This document shows positions 10,360 to 19,970 of a stretch of DNA of 64,000 bases, one piece after another. A program made the position numbers and the translations under genes. The number at the start of each line of letters is the position of its first letter. Position 1 is the stretch's first letter. The notes beneath the pieces were generated by a model. That model searched no databases. It saw only the letters and a program-made list of their open reading frames with translations, and had not been told where the DNA came from. Source of the stretch: an uncultured Nitrospiraceae bacterium (GTDB lineage Bacteria; Nitrospirota; Thermodesulfovibrionia; Thermodesulfovibrionales; Dissulfurispiraceae); the NCBI GenBank assembly GCA_963705105.1, contig CAVPIW010000005.1:288001-352000 (forward strand), read 5' to 3'.

Positions 10360-10602
10360 TCAGTTCCTGCGGCTGGACGGGTGATCCGAAATGTCCTCAT
10401 CAATCATACGGAACTGGAACCCCTCGGAAATGTCCCCCACAAAAGCAATGAAGTCCGCGCACTGGTATCCTGTCCTGGCACAGCGGGCGACCCTGCGGTT
10501 GCTGCAGTGTATGCAGGGCGGGTCCCCGGCTTCCTTCATGGCATGAACCAGTCTGCTGTATTCCGAAAGAACCGACCTTGACATTTTGAGATCCGCTTTC
10601 AT
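10360..10602 (-). CDS. Small hypothetical protein with 4-Cys motif
   Basis: RBS AGGAGG; CIHC-x7-C-x6-C; downstream of a sigma54 site. Confidence 0.6.
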   Translation of the reverse strand: MKADLKMSRSVLSEYSRLVHAMKEAGDPPCIHCSNRRVARCARTGYQCADFIAFVGDISEGFQFRMIDEDISDHPSSRRN

Positions 10603-10636
10603 GGAGACCCTCCTTGCACGTCGTTTAGTGAATATA

Positions 10637-10654
10637 AAGCAATTATGATGCCAA
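10637..10654 (-). promoter_or_regulatory. Sigma54 (-24/-12) promoter
   Basis: Minus strand TTGGCAT-CATAA-TTGCTT matches TGGCAC-N5-TTGC spacing. Confidence 0.75.
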
Positions 10655-11082
10655 TTTCAACTCCCAGCGTCGCAGCCCCCCGCGGAAAGGGCCTGACTTC
10701 CTGAATGACCGACAATGCTACATCTCAGGGGGTCCCGAACATACACTGTCAGAGCCGATTTTTGTCACCTCAGTGACGATTTTTCTCATCCGGGGCCGCT
10801 CCTTTCCGAAAATATCCATAATATCCATAATAATTCCTCACCTCTGTCCAAAATATTTTGCAGCCGGACTTTGAAAACGAGGATAGGGTGTGGTTTCTGA
10901 AGCAAATCACGGCTGAAACTCGTATCAGGTTATTGTGGACTTACATTTCTTGGAACACTTGTGTATCACAACACGAACACCATTATGATCCCGAAAGGGC
11001 AATTATTTCCCGGGCTATGCACAATGTTCCCACCTGTGCCGTTGTGGTAAAATGTCACAGCCTGCAGAAGACGGGAGGGTCC

Positions 11083-14000
11083 ATGTCCGTACCTATCATG
11101 CATCTGTACCGCAGCCCCGCGCTCAGCCCATACCAGAAGGAGAATCTCCTCTCCAAAGCGCGTGATGTGGGCATGACGGCCCTTGAAGATATCCTCTCCG
11201 AATACTGCTTCAATGTGGAGACCTCTGCCGTGCTCACGGACAGCGAACTCGCCGTCCTCAGGTGGCTTCTTGCGGAAACCTTCGAGCCCTCATTTTTTTC
11301 CGCCGAAAGCTTCCTCTCCGCCCCTGCCCCGGCGGGCGTATCGCACAATACCCCTCACCGCATCGTCGAGGTGGGTCCACGGATGAACTTCACGACGGCC
11401 TGGTCCACCAATGCCGTTGCCGTCTGCCATGCCTGCGGCATCGGTAAGATAAGGCGCATCGAGCGGTCGCGGCGGTTCGGGCTCCTCTTCTCCCCTGAAG
11501 CCCGCACCGCCCTCATCGAGCAGTCCCTGCCGCTCTTCCCCGGTCTCGTTCACGACCGGATGACTGAGTGTCCCTATCCGGCACCCCTCGCCACCTTTGC
11601 GACGGGCATGAAACCGGAGAATGTGAGGATCGTCCCCGTCATCGGGGAGGGAAAACCGGCCCTGGAGAGGATCAACAGGGAACTGGGCCTCGGGTTCGAC
11701 GCCTGGGACATCGACTACTACCACGACCTCTTCGTTCGGGACCTGAAGAGGAACCCCACCGACGTCGAGTGCTTCGACCTCAGCCAGTCGAACAGCGAGC
11801 ACTCCCGTCATTGGTTTTTCCGGGGCAGGCTGATTATAGACGGCAAGGAAATGCCGCACACGCTGATGCAGGTTGTGAAAGAGCCCTATCTGCGCAACCC
11901 CGGCAACAGCATCATTGCTTTCAGCGACAACTCCAGCGCCATCAGGGGATACGAGATCAGGACGATTCTCCCCGGGGACCCCCGCATCCCCTCGCCGTTC
12001 CGTCAGAGGCGGCTGAATTACCACATTATTTTCACGGCCGAGACGCACAATTTCCCCTCCGGCGTGGCACCCTTCCCCGGCGCCGAAACGGGAACAGGCG
12101 GCAGGATCAGGGACGTCCACGCGACGGGCACGGGAAGCCTCGTCGTTGCCGGCACTGCGGCCTACTGCGTGGGCAACCTGCAGATACCAGGCTATCCCCT
12201 TCCCTGGGAAGATCCGTCGTTCCACTACCCCGGCAACCTTGCGCCGCCTCTCCGGATCGAGATCGAGGCAAGCAACGGGGCTTCTGACTACGGGAACAAG
12301 TTCGGCGAACCCGTCATCCAGGGATTCACCCGTTCCTTCGGCCTCCGCATCCCCGGAGGCGAGAGGCGTGAGTGGATCAAGCCGATCATGTTCACCGGCG
12401 GCGTCGGTCAGATCGACGACAGGCATACCGCAAAAGGCGCTCCCGGGCAGGACATGGTCGTCGTCAAGATCGGCGGGCCGGCCTACCGCATCGGCATGGG
12501 CGGCGGCTCGGCATCGAGCATGATACAGGGAGAAAATGTGGAAGAGCTCGATTTCAACGCCGTCCAGCGCGGCGACGCCGAGATGGAGCAGAAGGTCAAC
12601 AGGGTGATCAGGGCCTGCGTCGAATATGGTGACGCAAACCCCATCCTGAGCATCCACGACCAGGGAGCGGGGGGAAACTGCAATGTCGTCAAGGAGATCA
12701 TCTACCCCGCCGGCGCAAAAATCAGCATACGCAAGGTCATCCTGGGCGACGAGACTCTCTCGGTCCTCGAAATCTGGGGAGCCGAGTACCAGGAGCAGGA
12801 TGCCGTTCTCATCAGGCGGGAGAGCGCCGGTCTCTTTGGGGCCCTCTGCGAGCGCGAAAAAGTGCCCTTTGCCGTCATCGGTGACATTACCGGCGACGGG
12901 TTCATCACGCTTCATGACGAATCCGACGGATCCACGCCGGTCCACCTCGAACTCGAAAAAGTCCTTGGACATATGCCCGGCAAGACCTTTCACCTCGACC
13001 GCAGTCCGGCGGAACTCCGGCCTCTCCGTTTTCCCTGGAACGGCGAGGGGTGGAAGGGGTCGTACGGCGACGCCATCACCGAGGCCCTCGGAAGGGTGCT
13101 CAGGCTCGTCTCCGTCGGCTCGAAGCGCTTCCTCGTCAACAAGGTCGACCGCTCCGTCACGGGCCTCATCGCCCGCCAGCAGTGCACCGGTCCGCTTCAC
13201 CTCACTGTCGCCGACGTGGCGGTCATAGCACAGAGCCACCTCGGACTGACAGGCGCTGCCATTGCGATCGGCGAGCAGCCTGTCAAGGGTCTTGTCGACC
13301 CCGCCGCCATGGCGCGGATGAGCGTGGGCGAGGCCCTGACGAACATCGTCTGGGCGAAGATCAGCGACATCGAAGACATCAGGTGCTCCGCCAACTGGAT
13401 GTGGGCTCCCAAGCTTCCCGGTGAAGGCTCGAAGCTCTACGACGCGGCGGTGGCGATGCGGGACATCATGATCGACCTCGGCATCGCCGTCGACGGAGGA
13501 AAGGACAGCCTCTCCATGGCCGCAAGGGTGACCCGCCCGTCAGGGGAGACCGAAGTGGTGAAGTCTCCCGGGACCCTCGTCATCTCGGCCTACGCGCCCT
13601 GCCCCGACGTCACGAAGGTCCTCACGCCCGATCTCAGGAGGCCCGGAAAGAGCAGGCTGCTCCTGATCGACCTCGGCAGGGGAAAAACAAGGCTCGGCGG
13701 GTCCGCCCTGGCTCACTGCTACGGTCAGATCGGTGACGAGTCCCCGGATGTGGATGACACAGGGCTCCTCAAGAGCGCCTTCCGGACCGTCCAGCACCTC
13801 ATCGGGAGGGACCTCATCCTCTGCGGCCATGACAGGAGCGACGGCGGACTCATCACGGCGGTCCTCGAGATGGCCTTTGCCGGCAACTGCGGCGTCGATC
13901 TGACGGTGCCCCTCCCGGCCGGGCTGAGCGACCCCATCCCCCTGCTCTTTTCCGAGGAGCTGGGCCTCGTGATCGGGTACGACCCGGCAGACGAGCATGA

Positions 14001-15084
14001 TGTCTTTGCGGTCCTCGGTGAATATGCCGTACCCTTCGAGGTCATAGGGGAAAGCACTGTCGAACCGAGGATCAGGATCACAGCAGGAGATACTGTCATT
14101 CTTGAGGAGGACGTGACGATGCTGAGGTCCCTCTGGGAGGAGACGAGCTACGAGCTCGACAGGCTCCAGGCGAATCCCCGGTGCGTCGACGAGGAAAGGG
14201 AGACGGTCGCCCGCAGGACCGGCCCGTCGTTTCTTGTATCCTTCACGCCGGAACCGACCCCGGAGGCGCTCCTGCTGCGTGAGTCGAAGCCGGCCGTCGC
14301 GATCATTCGGGAAGAGGGAAGCAATGGAGACCGGGAAATGACGTCCGCCTTTTACACAGCGGGGTTTGAGCCCTGGGACGTGACGATGACGGACCTGATC
14401 GCAGGCCGCGTCAGCCTCTCGGGGTTCAGGGGGGTTGTCTTCGTCGGCGGGTTCAGCTACGCCGATGTCCTCGATTCGGCAAAAGGGTGGGCAGGCGCCA
14501 TACGATTCAATGCCGTCCTCTCCGACCAGTTCCGGGCATTTTACGACCGTGCCGACACCTTCAGCCTCGGTGTCTGCAACGGATGCCAGCTCATGGCCCT
14601 TCTCGGATGGGTCCCCTGGCGGGGGATAGACGACGTTACGCAACCAAGGTTCGTCAGGAACACATCGGGCCGGTTCGAGTCCCGGTTTTCGACGGTCAGG
14701 ATCCTCGAAAGTCCGTCGATCATGCTCAGGGACATGGCCGGTTCCGTCCTCGGTGTCTGGGTGGCCCACGGTGAGGGAAGGGTCCATTTCCCCGAATCTT
14801 CGACGATCGATGACGTAGAGGCCAGGGGACTCGCCCCCGTCAGGTACGTCGACGACGGCGGAGAGATCACGGAGCGGTATCCCTTCAACCCCAACGGTTC
14901 GCCCCGGGGCATCACGGCCCTTTGCACGCCTGACGGCCGGCACCTCGCCATGATGCCCCATCCCGAGCGGACCTTCCTCTTGTGGCAATGGGCCTGGATG
15001 CCCGAAGAGGTGAAGAAAACCCTCCGGGCCTCGCCATGGCTCAGGATGTTTCAGAATGCCCGGGCCTGGTGCGATGGCCGGTAA
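11083..15084 (+). CDS. purL: Phosphoribosylformylglycinamidine synthase, large single-chain type
   Basis: SQSNSEHSRHWFF, AETHNFP, IHDQGAGG, fused glutaminase LGVCNGCQ and MMPHPER; RBS GGGAGG before ATG 11083. Confidence 0.97.
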   Translation: MSVPIMHLYRSPALSPYQKENLLSKARDVGMTALEDILSEYCFNVETSAVLTDSELAVLRWLLAETFEPSFFSAESFLSAPAPAGVSHNTPHRIVEVGPRMNFTTAWSTNAVAVCHACGIGKIRRIERSRRFGLLFSPEARTALIEQSLPLFPGLVHDRMTECPYPAPLATFATGMKPENVRIVPVIGEGKPALERINRELGLGFDAWDIDYYHDLFVRDLKRNPTDVECFDLSQSNSEHSRHWFFRGRLIIDGKEMPHTLMQVVKEPYLRNPGNSIIAFSDNSSAIRGYEIRTILPGDPRIPSPFRQRRLNYHIIFTAETHNFPSGVAPFPGAETGTGGRIRDVHATGTGSLVVAGTAAYCVGNLQIPGYPLPWEDPSFHYPGNLAPPLRIEIEASNGASDYGNKFGEPVIQGFTRSFGLRIPGGERREWIKPIMFTGGVGQIDDRHTAKGAPGQDMVVVKIGGPAYRIGMGGGSASSMIQGENVEELDFNAVQRGDAEMEQKVNRVIRACVEYGDANPILSIHDQGAGGNCNVVKEIIYPAGAKISIRKVILGDETLSVLEIWGAEYQEQDAVLIRRESAGLFGALCEREKVPFAVIGDITGDGFITLHDESDGSTPVHLELEKVLGHMPGKTFHLDRSPAELRPLRFPWNGEGWKGSYGDAITEALGRVLRLVSVGSKRFLVNKVDRSVTGLIARQQCTGPLHLTVADVAVIAQSHLGLTGAAIAIGEQPVKGLVDPAAMARMSVGEALTNIVWAKISDIEDIRCSANWMWAPKLPGEGSKLYDAAVAMRDIMIDLGIAVDGGKDSLSMAARVTRPSGETEVVKSPGTLVISAYAPCPDVTKVLTPDLRRPGKSRLLLIDLGRGKTRLGGSALAHCYGQIGDESPDVDDTGLLKSAFRTVQHLIGRDLILCGHDRSDGGLITAVLEMAFAGNCGVDLTVPLPAGLSDPIPLLFSEELGLVIGYDPADEHDVFAVLGEYAVPFEVIGESTVEPRIRITAGDTVILEEDVTMLRSLWEETSYELDRLQANPRCVDEERETVARRTGPSFLVSFTPEPTPEALLLRESKPAVAIIREEGSNGDREMTSAFYTAGFEPWDVTMTDLIAGRVSLSGFRGVVFVGGFSYADVLDSAKGWAGAIRFNAVLSDQFRAFYDRADTFSLGVCNGCQLMALLGWVPWRGIDDVTQPRFVRNTSGRFESRFSTVRILESPSIMLRDMAGSVLGVWVAHGEGRVHFPESSTIDDVEARGLAPVRYVDDGGEITERYPFNPNGSPRGITALCTPDGRHLAMMPHPERTFLLWQWAWMPEEVKKTLRASPWLRMFQNARAWCDGR

Positions 15085-15105
15085 CTTTTTTTCTGGGGCC
15101 GGACT

Positions 15106-16221
15106 ATGCGACATATGAAAGGGAAAGCGAATAACAATTCACACCTGCGGGCACCGGTGCAGGGCACGGCGAGGAAACGATCGACCAAGGCCGGCCTCCC
15201 TCCCGGCACCCTCGTGCACATCGGGGGAGAGAAAACCGGAACGATCGGCATCACCGTGACGGAGTATTCGTCGGACTCGCTCATTGAGCGCGAACTGTCG
15301 TCTCTTGAGGAATGTCCCATCGTCAGCGGCAAACAGACGGTGACATGGATACACATCGACGGCGTTCACGAAGCGGAGACCGTCGAAAAGATCGGCGCCT
15401 GCTTCCATCTCCATCCCCTCATCATGGAAGACATCATGAACACCGAGCAGAGGCCGAAGATCGACGAATACGACGGGTACCTCTTCATCGTCCTCAAGAT
15501 CCTGAGCTATGACGAGGGGCAAAACGCCCTCGCGGCGGAACAGGTCAGCCTGGTCGTCGGACCGAACTATGTCATATCGTTCGAGGAGCAACGGGGGGAT
15601 TTTTTCGGCGCCGTCAGGGAGCGCATCAGGAACGAAAAGAGCCGCCTCCGGTCACTGGGCGCCGATTATCTCGCCTATTCCCTGATCGACTCCGTTGTGG
15701 ATGCATACTTTATCATCCTCGAGAAGATCGGGGAGAAAATCGAGTTTGTCGAGGAGGATGTCGTCGCCATGCCGTCGACACGGATTGTGAGGGAGATCCA
15801 TGAACTGAAGCGCGAAATGATCTTCCTGCGGAGGTCGGTCTGGCCCCTCCGGGAGATCATCAGCCTCCTTGAGCGGCATGAATCCGGCATCATCCAGCAG
15901 GCGACCCGCGTCTACCTCAAGGACGTCTACGATCACACTATCCAGATCATGGATACCGTCGAGACCCATCGCGATATCATCTCGGGCATGCTCGACATCT
16001 ATCTTTCAAGTATCAGCAACAGGCTCAACGAGGTGATGAAGGTCCTGACGATCATCTCGACCATATTCATCCCCCTGACCTTCATCGCCGGCGTTTACGG
16101 TATGAATTTCAAGTTTATGCCCGAACTGGACTCGCCCTGGGGCTATCCCCTCATCCTTCTCGTCATGCTCGTCATCGGCCTCTCCATGGTCCTCTATTTC
16201 CGCAGGAAGAAGTGGATCTGA
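15106..16221 (+). CDS. corA: Magnesium/cobalt transporter CorA
   Basis: GLPPGTL N-terminus, YGMNF motif, two C-terminal TM helices. Confidence 0.95.
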   Translation: MRHMKGKANNNSHLRAPVQGTARKRSTKAGLPPGTLVHIGGEKTGTIGITVTEYSSDSLIERELSSLEECPIVSGKQTVTWIHIDGVHEAETVEKIGACFHLHPLIMEDIMNTEQRPKIDEYDGYLFIVLKILSYDEGQNALAAEQVSLVVGPNYVISFEEQRGDFFGAVRERIRNEKSRLRSLGADYLAYSLIDSVVDAYFIILEKIGEKIEFVEEDVVAMPSTRIVREIHELKREMIFLRRSVWPLREIISLLERHESGIIQQATRVYLKDVYDHTIQIMDTVETHRDIISGMLDIYLSSISNRLNEVMKVLTIISTIFIPLTFIAGVYGMNFKFMPELDSPWGYPLILLVMLVIGLSMVLYFRRKKWI

Positions 16222-16246
16222 TTCGTTCGAGAAGAGAGGTATAGGC

Positions 16247-16597
16247 ATGCAGGAAATCGCCCCGTTAAAACCGGAACTGAGGGACCTCTTCAGGCGGGAA
16301 CTCACGGCATCGGAAAAAATCTTCTTTCTGAAGAAGGCCGACGAGGCCATTTTCGACAAACGCTATCAGCCCGGCGAGGACCTATTCCATTACTGCTACT
16401 TCCTCACACTCAAGGAACGGCTGCGGACCGTCAGCCCCGACGCCGGAGACGGATACCTGCGATATTTTCTCGTCGAGACGAAAAGGGACGTCGAGGATTC
16501 AGCGCACCTCTATCAAGAAAGATTGGAATTGACGAAGCTGCCCAAGCCCGATGCAGCCACAGGCCAAAGGTTTATTATGGCGTTGGAAAGGGAATGA
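16247..16597 (+). CDS. Hypothetical protein
   Basis: RBS GAGG; 116-aa ORF following corA. Confidence 0.6.
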   Translation: MQEIAPLKPELRDLFRRELTASEKIFFLKKADEAIFDKRYQPGEDLFHYCYFLTLKERLRTVSPDAGDGYLRYFLVETKRDVEDSAHLYQERLELTKLPKPDAATGQRFIMALERE

Positions 16598-17549
16598 CCC
16601 GCGATTCGATGAGTGCCCTGACGACAGTCGTCCAGGCCCTCGCGATATTTGAGAGGTTATACCCCCCTCCTCCGAGCGCGAGCAGCCTCCCACCGCAGCA
16701 TTCCTCGGCAAGGAGACAGAGCCGCTTCGTCACGTGATCATGGACGGCGACGGAATAATTGAGCTGTGTGATGGGATCGTCGGACAGGCCGTCGGCGCCG
16801 CACTGAAAGAGGATGAACTGGGGTCTGCCGTCTCTCAGGAATTCCTCGACGGGGCGCCAGCGTCTGAAAAACTCATCGTCGCCGGAATAGGGAGGCATGG
16901 GGATGTTGACCTTCGACCCTTCCGCAGACCCACGCCCCCTTTCGTCGGCGTCTCCCGTGCCCGGGTAGAGATAGCGGCCGTCTTCGTGGAAATCGGCAAA
17001 GATGACCGCCGGATCCGAGTCGAAGGAATAGTAGACACCGTCGGCATGATGGGCATCGATGTCGACGTAGGCGATACGATCGAGTCCGAAGACTGATTTC
17101 AGCGTCTCGATGGCGACGCCGCAGTCGTTGAAGACGCAGAATCCCCCGGCGGAATTCCTGCGGGCATGATGCAATCCTGCGATCGGAATGAAGGCCCTCC
17201 TGCAGGAGCCGTCCATAATGCGCGAAAGGGCGTCGAGGCCCGTTCCCACGACGAAGGAAGCCGCCTCGAACACGCCGGGAAAGGCAGGGGTATCACCGTA
17301 GTCAAGATACCCGGTCCCCCTCTCCGATTGGCTTTTGACGCGCTCGACGTAATCGTGGGTATGAAAGCGTTCTAACTCATCCCCCGTTGCCATGACGGGT
17401 TTGCCGGGGCAGACCTTTCGGTCCAGTTCGAGGCGGAACAGCTCATCCTGAAAGACGCTGAGGCGGCGCGGCCCCAGGGGATGGGAAGGGCCGAAGTTGT
17501 ACCGTCCGAGATCATCGCCGCTGTAAACACAGACGATGCAGTCCTTCAT
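16575..17549 (-). CDS. Histone deacetylase/AcuC family deacetylase
   Basis: YNFGPSHPL, GLHHA, GGFCVFND, YVDIDAHHADG, LGGGGY. Confidence 0.9.
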   Translation of the reverse strand: MKDCIVCVYSGDDLGRYNFGPSHPLGPRRLSVFQDELFRLELDRKVCPGKPVMATGDELERFHTHDYVERVKSQSERGTGYLDYGDTPAFPGVFEAASFVVGTGLDALSRIMDGSCRRAFIPIAGLHHARRNSAGGFCVFNDCGVAIETLKSVFGLDRIAYVDIDAHHADGVYYSFDSDPAVIFADFHEDGRYLYPGTGDADERGRGSAEGSKVNIPMPPYSGDDEFFRRWRPVEEFLRDGRPQFILFQCGADGLSDDPITQLNYSVAVHDHVTKRLCLLAEECCGGRLLALGGGGYNLSNIARAWTTVVRALIESRVIPFPTP

Positions 17550-17582
17550 GTTTTCTCTCCCTCTCGGCAGGTGCACGCCTGC

Positions 17583-18539
17583 TCAGGCGATGGCGCCCAC
17601 TCAGGTCGAGCCCTGGCCGGCCGTGCAGCCGAAGCAGTGATCGCCGACGACGATCTTTCTTTCCGACAGGCGGCTGTAGTCGAACTCTTCGATGCGCTGG
17701 GGGCAGTCCTTTGCAAGGGGAATGCCGAGGATCTGGTTGAAGTCACAGTCGTGGAGACTGCCGTTCCAGGAGACGCTGACCAGGTGACGGCACATGAGAC
17801 CATCGAGGGTGCCGGCGTTGAAGGCATTGACAAGACTTGACTGATACCTTCCGAGATTGCCTGACCGGACGAGGAAATGCCGAAACCTGCCGATCGGCAT
17901 GTTCGTGAAGGTATAGAGGTTGTTGAAATGGATCCCGTGCCGTTCTGCAAGAATCTTCCGGTATTCTTCCTCGAGGTTCTTCTGCGGCGGCGCCAGGTAG
18001 GCCCCCGGCGGATTATAGACGAGGTTCAGCACGAGACCCGATGAGTCCATCCCGTAGCCGAGGCTGTTGAGCAGTTTCAGCGCCTGCAGGCTTCTGCAGA
18101 ACGTCCCTTTCCCCCTCACCCTGTCGACGGTATCCTCCGTATAATAGGGGACGGAAGCGACCACCTCGGCGCCCGTTGCAGCGAACATCTCCGGCAGGTC
18201 CGTCATGCCCTCTTCAAACAGGACGGTCAGGTTGCTCCTGACGACGGTGCGAATACCCATGGACGCCGACTCCCTGAGAATCCGCCGGAAATGGGGGTTC
18301 AACTCCGGCGCGCCGCCTGTCAGGTCGAGGGTCCTGATAGAGCCTTCGCCGAGAATCCTCAGGACATGACCAGCCGTGACGTCGTCCATCTCCTCCGTCC
18401 TCGCAGGGCCGGCCTCGGCGTGACAATGCTTGCAGGCCATGTTGCACCGGTATCCGAGATTGACCTGCAGGATGCTGATTTCTCTTGCGCCGAGCGATGA
18501 CAGCCCCGCCGTCTGCAACTTCTCCAGAAAAGCCGTCAT
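17583..18539 (-). CDS. arsS: ArsS-like radical SAM/Cys-rich (seleno)protein; UGA at 17601-17603 probably Sec
   Basis: LQVNLGYRCNMACKHCH, DLTGGAPELNP, HCFGCTAGQGST-UGA-VGAIA-stop; UGA aligns with the family's C-terminal Cys/Sec; hairpin follows. Confidence 0.82.
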
Positions 18540-18554
18540 GGCAATCAAACCTCG

Positions 18555-18887
18555 TTACAAGGATATCCTGTCAGCGGCATTGTGCGCCTGGATGCCGTGG
18601 ATGAGCGCCGCTCCTCCCCTGATGGCAGAAGCGACATGCACCGCCTCGGTGACATGATCGAGACTCATGCCCTCTTCCATGCATGCCCTCGTGTAGGCGT
18701 CGATACAGTACGGGCACTGAAGGACATGGGCGACGGCAAGCCCGATGAGGGTTTTTTCACGTTTCGACAGGATCCCGGGTTCGAGTGCCGCACTGTACCA
18801 GTCCATGAATTTCCGGAAAAGCTCCGGGTTGTATTTCCCCATCTCGCCGAACCTCTCGAGGTCTTCTTCACGATAGTATCCGCTCAC
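18555..18887 (-). CDS. AhpD/CMD-like peroxidase-family protein (ArsS-associated type)
   Basis: YY..DL..F..., LIGLAVAHVLQCPYCIDAYT, AIRGGAALIHG. Confidence 0.85.
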   Translation of the reverse strand: MSGYYREEDLERFGEMGKYNPELFRKFMDWYSAALEPGILSKREKTLIGLAVAHVLQCPYCIDAYTRACMEEGMSLDHVTEAVHVASAIRGGAALIHGIQAHNAADRISL

Positions 18888-19334
18888 AACACCCCTCCTC
18901 CCGGAATGACAGTTTTTTTGTTTGTTTTATTATATCCCATACACAGAACAATCCGGAACCCAGCCTTTGGGGTCAGACTTGCGAATTGCATTAGACATGG
19001 AAACATAGTAATACGAACCCGAAAAGACATAAGAAATTAACATTTTTTGGATTGACCGAGGCAGAGAGCATTTCTCGGATTAAACTTAGGCAATATGGGA
19101 GAAAGACAAAGGGGTTGAAGTCATGGCGACTCTTCAGTCTTTCGGCAAGGGCCTATGGGCATCTCGGGATACGGATTGCCGCGTATCTGAAGAGATATCG
19201 GTCGGTGATTGCGAGATTTCAGGGAAGCCAATAACCAGACGTTATCAAGAGTCCGGAGTTTCAGAAAGCCAATAGCAATACACAAGTCTGACCCCGGTTG
19301 GATCAGCTATGGTGTGAGAGGCCGAAAAAAGGGG

Positions 19335-19858
19335 CTAGCGCCCCTGTGTTTCGGCGAAGGTCCAGCGGTCCTGGATTGTCTTATGCCGGGAGCAGAAAGC
19401 CTGACGGACCTGTTCGAACATCTCCTTTGTCCAGGGGGGCAACTCTTTTGCCGCCTTCGCCGCTGCGGCATAAAAATCGGCGAGATGATTCCTCAGGAAG
19501 ATGGTTCTTTCGTCGTCGAGGTCGTCCCCGTAAAAGTGAATGCCGTAGTTCTCCTGGGAGCGCCCGCCTCGAAGTGTCGCGGACCGTCAGCGCCGTGATA
19601 GTCGATCCAGACTTCATAGGTATTTGTCGTTCCCATCAGCGTCGTCGTCCTGATCAGGACCATGATGAGAAGGACATTATCCTCCCTTATCATACAGGGC
19701 AGGACGATGTTGGGTGACTGTGAGGTGCTGCGGATGGTCTTCGAATTCTCCCGTATCAGATAATCCAGATGTGCATCCGGTCTCGACACGAGAGCGGCGA
19801 TGGCCGAGCCTTCATTCTGCCTGACAATGAACTCCTGGGGATTTAATATGTTTTCCAT
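19335..19858 (-). pseudogene. Hypothetical gene with apparent frameshift near 19560
   Basis: 5' frame MENILNPQEF..PRHFEA becomes low-complexity; the shifted frame continues QENYGIHFYGDDLDDERTIFLRNHLADFY..QGR-stop (19335). Confidence 0.5.
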
Positions 19859-19970
19859 GGGAGGGATTATAGCTGAAAGAACATCCCTCTGTCATCCCCA
19901 GTGACCTCAGGAATGCAACCCTTGCAGACGTCCTAGGGAACCCCTGAAATGCGGATCGGCCTTGGTCGTC

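Noticed and set aside
11290..15114. Long antisense ORFs (649 and 524 aa) opposite purL, and similar ones opposite GH15, ligA and DUF3141
   Set aside because: Expected shadow ORFs of GC-rich coding strands; no motifs
19123..19275. 50-aa small ORF MATLQSFGKG..
   Set aside because: Only a weak RBS and no motif; cannot be supported without homologs
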